From Poseidonia sp. (lineage in GTDB: Archaea; Thermoplasmatota; Poseidoniia; Poseidoniales; Poseidoniaceae): 64,000 bases of DNA. The stretch is taken from positions 5,910-69,909 of the forward strand of contig JAYPCE010000003.1 in the NCBI GenBank assembly GCA_038124565.1, written 5' to 3'. The notes beneath the pieces were generated by a model. That model saw only the letters and a list, made by a program, of their open reading frames with translations. It searched no databases and was not told the origin of the DNA. This document shows positions 35,818-42,955 of the stretch, piece after piece; positions within the stretch are counted from its first letter, which is position 1, and each line of letters begins with the position of its first letter. The position numbers were made by a program, and so were the translations under genes.

Positions 35818-36803
35818 CGTTGTTTGAGGTAGTGCTCCACTCGCTCTTCGCCCCAAACGAATTCTTCCACGATGGATAAACCGGCCGTTGCAAGTGTCTC
35901 CCTACCGATGTTGGCGTGAACGGGTAGTGCGTGCTCAACATCAGCGTGAACCAAGTACGCCTCATCGACCAGACCTGCTTCAAGAAAGTGGTGAATGGTG
36001 GTTGGTCCACCCTCAACGAGGAGGCGTTGAATGTCCTGGTCACCCAACTGGTTGAGCAGAGAGGTGAGGCCAGCGAAGTCTTTCTGCACCAAGCGAGTTG
36101 CGCCGCCATCGTTGAAGAGTTGAGCGTTGGTATTCACACGCCCAGCCGGGTCGAGCACGATGCGCAATGGTTGTCGGTCGTTGGGGACCAAACGTACCGT
36201 CAATTGAGGGTCGTCCCGGTTGACGGTTTCAACGCCAACCAAGACAGCGTCGCAGTCGCGTCGTAATTCGTGGACTTTTTCTAAACAACCAGCCGATGTA
36301 AAGCGTTGAGCGCCAAGGGAACGATCATCCACCGAACCTTGTCGGTCAAGAGCCAGCTTGACGGTGACCAATGGCCTTCGATGTTCGCACCAGTGCATGA
36401 ATCCGAGCATTTGTTGGCGCGCTTCTTCTCGCATCAGGCCTATTCGTGTCGGGATACCTGCGTCGTTCAGCACCCGACATCCATTTCCCCGGACGGTCGG
36501 ATTGGGGTCGTCATGGGCGACAACCACCTCCTTGACGCCCGCCCACATCAGCGCTTCCGTGCAGGGAGGTGTTCGGCCAAAGTGATTGCACGGTTCAAGC
36601 GTGACATAGGCCGTGGCGCCGTTGGGGGAATGCCCCTTTTCTTCCGCATCATGAATCGCCATTTGTTCTGCGTGTAGCCCGCCAAGGTGGTCATGCCAGC
36701 CCTCGGCGATGATTTCGCCGTCTTTGACCAACACACAACCGACCAAAGGGTTTGGACTGACCCTGCCCCGTCCTCGTTCTGCGACAAGCAGGGCTCGTTC
36801 CAT
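35814..36803 (-). CDS. ribD: Bifunctional riboflavin biosynthesis protein RibD (deaminase + reductase); ORF track start 37070 reads through an AT-rich promoter region, ATG 36803 MERALLVAERG preferred
   Basis: CMP/dCMP deaminase Zn motif GLHAEQMAIHDAE…TLEPCNHFGRTPPC, followed by RibD C-terminal reductase domain. Confidence 0.85.
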   Translation of the reverse strand: MERALLVAERGRGRVSPNPLVGCVLVKDGEIIAEGWHDHLGGLHAEQMAIHDAEEKGHSPNGATAYVTLEPCNHFGRTPPCTEALMWAGVKEVVVAHDDPNPTVRGNGCRVLNDAGIPTRIGLMREEARQQMLGFMHWCEHRRPLVTVKLALDRQGSVDDRSLGAQRFTSAGCLEKVHELRRDCDAVLVGVETVNRDDPQLTVRLVPNDRQPLRIVLDPAGRVNTNAQLFNDGGATRLVQKDFAGLTSLLNQLGDQDIQRLLVEGGPTTIHHFLEAGLVDEAYLVHADVEHALPVHANIGRETLATAGLSIVEEFVWGEERVEHYLKQR

Positions 36804-36879
36804 GAAGGCCCTATCATCGTCGCTCCACGCCTCGTTCACGGTTTGCCCAATCTGCTGGAGTTCATGACTTCTTGCATTC

Positions 36880-36990
36880 AATAGAACCACAAACACGGCT
36901 AAAATTGCATTTTTATGCAAGATGAATAGTTTATTATTCATATTCAATAATTGCAAAAACCGTAGGAAAGAGAAGCATTCAAGCACCAAT
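36880..36990. promoter_or_regulatory. AT-rich divergent promoter region between ribD (-) and the lipid-kinase gene (+)
   Basis: Only strongly AT-rich stretch in the window (aaaattgcatttttatgcaagatgaatagtttattattcatattcaataattgcaaaaac) with several TATA-like boxes. Confidence 0.5.
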
Positions 36991-37006
36991 TCGCTTTGAC
37001 AGAGGC

Positions 37007-38101
37007 ATGTCAACCGAGCCTGCACAAGGCTTCCCCTCTCGTTTGACCTTCGTGGAAGACTCAGATACACGCCGGAAGAAAGGGGTTCGACGCCCTATCT
37101 ACGCAGATGTGTTCACGCAACCAACTGTTGTGCAGGGCCCACCTTCCAAGGTGTATCTTTTGGTCAACCCATACTCGGGAAAGCGAAAAGGCCAACGCAT
37201 TGCTCAGCGTGTACAGGAACGCTTGGAAGCAGCGGGCGTTACGGTTGAAGTATCCGTTTCAGCTTATAGCGGCCATTTGGTTACCTTAGCTTCAGCGCTC
37301 ATGGTCGAGGAAGGTGAACTCATTGCAGCCGTTGGTGGTGACGGCACGTTGTGCGAAGTCCTTTCTGGCCGAATGTTATTGAATCTCAGTAGACGAGAGA
37401 ATGTTGCGATTGTACCGGCTGGAACCGGCAACTCGCAAGCGAACGATTTGGGTCTTCGTTCACCGGATGATGCGGTCGATGCTATTCTTGGTGGCCAATT
37501 CCAAGCCCTGGACTTGGCCAAAGTTGAGTTGACCGAAGGTCTGCCCGGTCAGGAAAAGGAACGCATCGTTCGGTACAGTCACAATCTGGTGACATGGGGG
37601 CTCGGTGTTGATTCTAACATTCAAGCAGAAAAGATGCGTTGGATGGGGCCGATACGTTACGATGTGGGCATTATCTTGGCCATCCTAGCCAACCGTAAGC
37701 GGCGAGCCACCTTAACCATCAACGACACAACACTCACCGATGATTACACGCTTTTTTTGGTCCAAAACAGCCAAACCGGGGGCTCGTTATTACCGCTTGC
37801 ACCAGGTGCTTCGTTGGACGACGGTGAGATGGACATAGGTATTCTCAAACGCATGAAGCGAGGTGCTGTGCTCAACGCCTTTGGCATGCTCAAAAGCGAA
37901 GGCCGTCATGTATTCCATCCAAAGGTGGACTACCATCGTTTCACGAGCCTTCGCATTGAGACTGAAACCCCGACCGCAATCAACGTTGACGGAGAAAATC
38001 TTGGTTCAACTCCGTTGTCGATGGAGGTCATTCGGCACGCCGTGAACATTGTCGTGCCGGCTCAGAACGAGAAATCGGAGAAGTCGTCTTCCTCTTCGTA
38101 G
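37007..38101 (+). CDS. Lipid kinase of the DAGK_cat / YegS / BmrU family
   Basis: LLVNPYSGKRKG…AAVGGDGTLCEV (GGDGT motif); ~300 aa kinase fold plus C-terminal beta domain. Confidence 0.8.
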   Translation: MSTEPAQGFPSRLTFVEDSDTRRKKGVRRPIYADVFTQPTVVQGPPSKVYLLVNPYSGKRKGQRIAQRVQERLEAAGVTVEVSVSAYSGHLVTLASALMVEEGELIAAVGGDGTLCEVLSGRMLLNLSRRENVAIVPAGTGNSQANDLGLRSPDDAVDAILGGQFQALDLAKVELTEGLPGQEKERIVRYSHNLVTWGLGVDSNIQAEKMRWMGPIRYDVGIILAILANRKRRATLTINDTTLTDDYTLFLVQNSQTGGSLLPLAPGASLDDGEMDIGILKRMKRGAVLNAFGMLKSEGRHVFHPKVDYHRFTSLRIETETPTAINVDGENLGSTPLSMEVIRHAVNIVVPAQNEKSEKSSSSS

Positions 38102-39513
38102 TGCTGAGGTGCTGGTGCAACCGGCTCCTCTTGCGCAGGTTTTGCGGTCTTCACAGCCTTCTTTCGGCGGACAGGTGGTTGACTTTTCACCGGTTCTGAT
38201 GGCGGAGCGGTCTGTTTTGTAGGAGAGCCTGAGATTGGAGGTGATGAGCGTCGTTGGGTCATGGAAGGGGGAAGAGACGATGTCGCTTCAGGGGCGTTCA
38301 TGCGGTCCATTTCTTGCGCAGCCTCGGTCACGACCACCGAACTTTTTCGTTCAGTAGGAGCAGCGCTACCCGGTCGTGTTGATGAAGAGGATGATGCCAA
38401 AACGCTGTCAAGGTCAAAGCCGCCCATGGGATTGTCGTTTTTGGTCGGCAAGGACGTCTCTTGCGGTTTCTCACGTTTTTCTTCCTTGGTACGCTCTTTG
38501 TCCATGCGGGCCTTCCGTTCTGTAGGGGATTCCATACCCGCCTTCTTCGCTGCTTTCGCATCGGTTTTCACGCTGGCTGCTTTCTTCATGCCTTCGTTGC
38601 CGATCAAGGTCTGCATGGCGTTGCTGGCCGACTTCATGACCATGCCTTTGGAAACCACGAACAGACCGACTGCGCCGCCAAGTCCTCCGACGAGGAAGAA
38701 GGTGATGAAACCACCACGGCCAAGGAAGGGTACGTTCCCCTGCACCCACTCATCATCAGCGTTGCCGTTTACAGAGACGGAAGCACCCTCCAGCGAGATA
38801 CCGGTCACGAACACATAGGCATCCTCTCGGTTGTTGTTACCCACCGTCATCATGCACTCGTTGTTGACTTCATGCCAACTTTTGAGGTAGCCTGTTGGGT
38901 TTTTACCATCTGCGGAAGAGACCAGATAGCCGTGGATGACGACAGGTTGATGCCATTCGTTGAGCGCTTGCATACCGTAGAGAATCTCTTCAGAAGTCGG
39001 TACGAGTCCCAGAATAAACCACTGGGTATCAGCGTCCATGTCAAGTTCGTCCAAATCAACGGTACCGGCTCCCGTATCGGGCGTGAACGGGGTTGACCAT
39101 GCCTTGACATCAATTCGGGCACCGTCGCCGTCAACAACGGACGCCGCTTGGTCAAACGGCATGGATTGAATGGCCACGGCAGTGGTTACACCAAAGTCAA
39201 GCCCACGTGCGCCCATCTGTGTATCGTGTTTGTCGTAAAAGTGGCTGGCAGCAAGGTAGCCCGAAATGTGCACCGGCTCCCCGGTCCCGTTTTTGAGGTC
39301 CATTCCATCGTCCCCGGTGGTGCACCCAACGGGTTCAAGGCCGTCAAGCGAGGTTGAACTCCCGGACAACCCGCTTTTCACGGTGGTGTTCTCCATTGAA
39401 AAATCGACTTCAACGGACGAAGCGCCGCTTCCCCAATCGGCTGAGGAAGGCCCTAGACAACCGGCAAGGGCCATGCAGGCCACCAAACACAAGGCAAGCG
39501 AACTGCGCCGCAT
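38062..39513 (-). CDS. Lipoprotein-like single-pass membrane protein with extracellular domain and long disordered K/A/E/P-rich cytoplasmic tail ending …EEEDDFSDFSF (ORF track start 39624 runs into the tRNA; ATG 39513 preferred)
   Basis: MRRSSLALCLVACMALAGCLGPSS (lipobox-like LAGC), TM FITFFLVGGLGGAVGLFVV, low-complexity tail. Confidence 0.65.
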   Translation of the reverse strand: MRRSSLALCLVACMALAGCLGPSSADWGSGASSVEVDFSMENTTVKSGLSGSSTSLDGLEPVGCTTGDDGMDLKNGTGEPVHISGYLAASHFYDKHDTQMGARGLDFGVTTAVAIQSMPFDQAASVVDGDGARIDVKAWSTPFTPDTGAGTVDLDELDMDADTQWFILGLVPTSEEILYGMQALNEWHQPVVIHGYLVSSADGKNPTGYLKSWHEVNNECMMTVGNNNREDAYVFVTGISLEGASVSVNGNADDEWVQGNVPFLGRGGFITFFLVGGLGGAVGLFVVSKGMVMKSASNAMQTLIGNEGMKKAASVKTDAKAAKKAGMESPTERKARMDKERTKEEKREKPQETSLPTKNDNPMGGFDLDSVLASSSSSTRPGSAAPTERKSSVVVTEAAQEMDRMNAPEATSSLPPSMTQRRSSPPISGSPTKQTAPPSEPVKSQPPVRRKKAVKTAKPAQEEPVAPAPQHYEEEDDFSDFSF

Positions 39514-39571
39514 GAATTGATGAGGGAGGGTTGAGTTTGAGAAGTCTTCCCTGAGAATAAACGACCGAAGT

Positions 39572-39657
39572 TGGCGCAGTCGGAGAGATTCGAACTCCCG
39601 AGTCACGGGGACACCGGATTTCAAATCCGGCGCAATACCAGGCTATGCGACGACTGC
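39572..39657 (-). tRNA. tRNA-Ser (anticodon UGA), class II with long variable arm, 3' CCA genomically encoded
   Basis: Manual fold: acceptor GCAGTCG/CGACTGC, 3-bp D stem, anticodon stem CCGGA/TCCGG with loop TTTGAAA (U33, anticodon TGA, A37), variable arm ~14 nt, T-arm GGGAG-TTCGAAT-CTCTC, discriminator G, CCA. Confidence 0.9.
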
Positions 39658-39706
39658 TTTGGTCCAACGGAAGGGCTCCCGTTTTTTCTCCTTTCGCTAA
39701 CAAACA

Positions 39707-41218
39707 TTACCGGTTCAAGCCCCTTCGTTGATGAAGAATGGATGACAGCAAAACGACCGAGGCGAGCATCACCATGGAGATGGAGGGGGTTGTTTCTGCT
39801 TTGTAGCCACCTAACTGCTCCTTTTCCAACAGTTCCCTGATGTCCGAAGCGACATCTTCGGGTTTCCAGTCGTCTCCGGCCCAAGCAACAACTGGTTCAC
39901 GAGCAGGGTTGAGAATGTATGTGATGGTCGAATGCCCAACCGTGTAGTCCTCGGTTGTTTCGTTGACACAGGTCAACTGGTCCCCATCGTCCCAACCATA
40001 GCCAGCATCGCACATGCAGTGTTTGGCGTCGCCCGTGCCCATGTACCATCCGTGGCCGTTGCAAACGAAGTCATCAGATTCTGTGTGGAGAGGACGGGGA
40101 AGATCGCTAACATTCGTGGATGATGGAGCCCACAACAGATGATGCGGTTCGATGAAGTCATCCATACCAACGGCCGAACTTTCCCAACCAGCAGACGTTT
40201 CATTCCAAGCATAGAGGTTCCACCACCAAGCGTAGTCTTCGGGGGCGCTTTGGTTGTTGATGGAAGACAGGTAGTGGCCATAGGTTGAATCCTCCACACT
40301 CACATTCATGCCAGCAGCCTTGGCCACCCCCTCTGTGAGGTGGTAGGCAGAAAACACCTCAATACCCGTCGTTTCGACCGTCTGGTTTGGCCACATCACC
40401 ATCATCGACAGCGCCATGTCAGTGTTGGGTGCGGGCAGGATGGAACGGTTCCCATCCGATGCCATCCATGCAAGATGTCGTTGCTCAAGTGAATCGATGT
40501 CGTCCATGCCCACATCGGAAGGCGACCATGTTTGAGAACTCGCGTTCCAAAGGTTGAGTTCCCAGTACCACGACCAGTCTGAAGGTGAGTCCACACCTTG
40601 AATTCCGTGCAGCATCGTTCCGTATTCGCTGGTTGATGTGTTGAGTGACCACCCTGCATGTTCCGCTAACATCTCGGTTGCTGTGGTGCCGTCCAACGCA
40701 AACATGTGTTGACTGCTCGTGTTGTCAAGGTTGACCACCGTTAACGAGGCTTCAGCCGGTTGGTAGGCCATGGTATGGGCGTCAATGACGGCTTTTTGAA
40801 CGACAAGGCCAAAGGTGGCCCACACCGGCTCAAGTTCTTCGAGGCTACCCGTAAGGTGAGGCCATGAGGCTCCGTGTCGCTCGGCGTACTCCAACAGCAC
40901 CTCGGGTGTATCGTATTCAGGGTCCACGCTGATGGACAGGAAGGTGACATCTGCAAGCTCACGTTCAGACAGCGCGCTCTCAACACTGAGGAGTGATTGT
41001 GTGATGACGGGGCAGACATCGGGGCAGCGGGTAAACATGAACGAAACGACGACCACACCTTCGCTCTCATCGTCAAAGTCGTATGGGTTCCCAGAGTGGT
41101 CAGTCAATGAGAAATCATCGATAGGCCCTCGCGCAAGTTTGCTGCCTGTGAAGGCGGAGACGGGTGCAATCAGCACCAACGAAACCACGATGAGCAGGAC
41201 AAATCGGTCCCATCGCAT
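39707..41218 (-). CDS. SCO1/SenC-family copper chaperone with tandem duplicated Trp-rich domains, an EGF-like Cys module and C-terminal TM anchor
   Basis: Thioredoxin-fold Cu site FMFTRCPDVCP. Internal duplication (…DWSWYWELNLWNASSQTWSPSDVGMDDIDSLEQRHLAWMASDGN… vs …DYAWWWNLYAWNETSAGWESSAVGMDDFIEPHHLLWAPSSTN…). HCMCDAGYGWDDGDQLTC matches the EGF C-x-C-x2-G-Y-x-C signature. Confidence 0.8.
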   Translation of the reverse strand: MRWDRFVLLIVVSLVLIAPVSAFTGSKLARGPIDDFSLTDHSGNPYDFDDESEGVVVVSFMFTRCPDVCPVITQSLLSVESALSERELADVTFLSISVDPEYDTPEVLLEYAERHGASWPHLTGSLEELEPVWATFGLVVQKAVIDAHTMAYQPAEASLTVVNLDNTSSQHMFALDGTTATEMLAEHAGWSLNTSTSEYGTMLHGIQGVDSPSDWSWYWELNLWNASSQTWSPSDVGMDDIDSLEQRHLAWMASDGNRSILPAPNTDMALSMMVMWPNQTVETTGIEVFSAYHLTEGVAKAAGMNVSVEDSTYGHYLSSINNQSAPEDYAWWWNLYAWNETSAGWESSAVGMDDFIEPHHLLWAPSSTNVSDLPRPLHTESDDFVCNGHGWYMGTGDAKHCMCDAGYGWDDGDQLTCVNETTEDYTVGHSTITYILNPAREPVVAWAGDDWKPEDVASDIRELLEKEQLGGYKAETTPSISMVMLASVVLLSSILHQRRGLNR

Positions 41219-41230
41219 GGCTGACCGTCC

Positions 41231-41602
41231 TCAGCGAGTGGTGGCGTAGTCCCAGTTTGGCATGCACCATGAAGGCAAATCCGTGACCGCACCAGGGTTG
41301 GACAGGCCGATACCCCAGAGCATCAACAGCACGAAGACAACGGGGAAGAGGGCCGTCCATGTGAACACACGCGGGTCGCCTTTCAAGTGCATGAAATAGG
41401 CTGCGATGCCGTAGCCTTTGACGATACCCACGCCAATGAGGATGGCCCAGACCACGGTCAGTTCTATACCTTGAACGAAGACGGCACCGACCTCAAACAG
41501 CGTGAAAATCATCAAAATGACGAAGTTCCAAAAGTAGATGTCTTTGCCGAACCGGCCGTCAAAAATGCTCTCAAAAATACCGGATGTTTCGTGTTCTCCC
41601 AT
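41231..41602 (-). CDS. Small 3-TM membrane protein in the cox operon (possible oxidase accessory/subunit IV-like)
   Basis: 123 aa, three hydrophobic helices; positioned between coxC and SCO1 with 9-12 nt gaps. Confidence 0.5.
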   Translation of the reverse strand: MGEHETSGIFESIFDGRFGKDIYFWNFVILMIFTLFEVGAVFVQGIELTVVWAILIGVGIVKGYGIAAYFMHLKGDPRVFTWTALFPVVFVLLMLWGIGLSNPGAVTDLPSWCMPNWDYATTR

Positions 41603-41611
41603 GTTCTCACC

Positions 41612-42955
41612 TCAATACAGATAGAAGGCTGGGAAGATGACCACCCAAGCCAAGTCAACAAAGTGCCAGTACAAGCCAAAGTACTCAATGCCTTGTCCAT
41701 TCTTGTCGTCAAAGCCAACCGTGTCGGCCTTGAAGATCAGATAGAGCATAACCAGAAGCCCGATGAACACGTGCAAGCCGTGAGCCCCGGTAGCGATGTA
41801 GAAGATGGAACCGGATTGTGTACCGATGGTGAAACCTTCTGCGACCAAATGACTCCACTCAATCAATTTCAAAACGATAAACGTGGAACCCAGCAAGAAG
41901 GTTGCAATCAGGTAGTTTCGCACGGCCGCTTTTTGCGTTGGCAGGAGTTTTCCGAGCAGACCTTGCGGAGCCACCCAGTCTTTGCTGTGAGCGGTCTTCA
42001 GTGCTAGCACAATGGTGTAGGACGAAATGATGAGCGCAAAGGTGTTGATGGCGCCTGGAAGCAAGGTCATGAAGTCGCCTTGTCCACCAAGACCATCGAG
42101 AGTTGCCCCGCCTGGTCGCAGGAAATCCGAGGCCGTTAGCATCGTGACTTCCTCGCAATTTCCAGCCTCAACCTGCCATCCTGTACACCATTCGGTACGC
42201 ATTCGCAGGTAGGATGAGAAGAAGGTGGCGAAGACCATCACCTCAGACATGATGAACACCCAGAGACCGGCTTTCCGGATGTGTTGGCCTGTGAAGGGCT
42301 CCGAGGTAGCAATCTGTTCATGGTTGCCAATGAATGGGAGGTCTTCGCGCCACCAGTTGGCCACACCGGCCACGATGACAAACAAGCCCAGCATGCTCAA
42401 TCCAAGGTCACCCAAATCAGCGTCAACGCCAGAGAGCATGTTGCCCAAGGTGGCTTGGAAAGAGGGGAAGCCCATCAGGAACAGCATAATCCCGAGTGCG
42501 AAAATAATCGGAGAACCCGAACCATGATGTTCGTGGTCGTCGCCTCCGTATCCGTGACTGTCGTGCCCGCTTTCCTCCGGGAAAATCGAGTTGAGGAAAC
42601 CACCCAAGCCAATGAACGATGCATAGGTGATGCACATGAGCAGGATGGTGATGCCCGCTGTACGGTAGGTGAGGTACGACAGGTGTGCCTCTACCTCATG
42701 GTAGTGCGCTTCTTCCTTCGCCTCTTTGAGTTTCTTAACCGTGTCATTAGAGGCGCCAGCGGCTTTGGCTTCCTCATATTCCAGTTTGGCGTCTTCGTAG
42801 TCATGGACGGCTTCCTCGTAATCGTGGTGCTTCATGTTGGCCACACCAACGCCCATGGTTGCAAAAGCAAGCAGGCCGATGGTAAGGAACAGACCGCCCA
42901 TCAAGACGGCGCGCATCCAAATGCTGTTCTCGACGTGTGCTTCTCCGCCACTCAT
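41612..42955 (-). CDS. coxC: Cytochrome c oxidase subunit III (with N-terminal extension containing a His/acidic loop)
   Basis: C-terminal 7-TM Cox3 fold (…FYIATGAHGLHVFIGLLVML…YWHFVDLAWVVIFPAFYLY); stop/start overlap with coxA. Confidence 0.9.
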   Translation of the reverse strand: MSGGEAHVENSIWMRAVLMGGLFLTIGLLAFATMGVGVANMKHHDYEEAVHDYEDAKLEYEEAKAAGASNDTVKKLKEAKEEAHYHEVEAHLSYLTYRTAGITILLMCITYASFIGLGGFLNSIFPEESGHDSHGYGGDDHEHHGSGSPIIFALGIMLFLMGFPSFQATLGNMLSGVDADLGDLGLSMLGLFVIVAGVANWWREDLPFIGNHEQIATSEPFTGQHIRKAGLWVFIMSEVMVFATFFSSYLRMRTEWCTGWQVEAGNCEEVTMLTASDFLRPGGATLDGLGGQGDFMTLLPGAINTFALIISSYTIVLALKTAHSKDWVAPQGLLGKLLPTQKAAVRNYLIATFLLGSTFIVLKLIEWSHLVAEGFTIGTQSGSIFYIATGAHGLHVFIGLLVMLYLIFKADTVGFDDKNGQGIEYFGLYWHFVDLAWVVIFPAFYLY

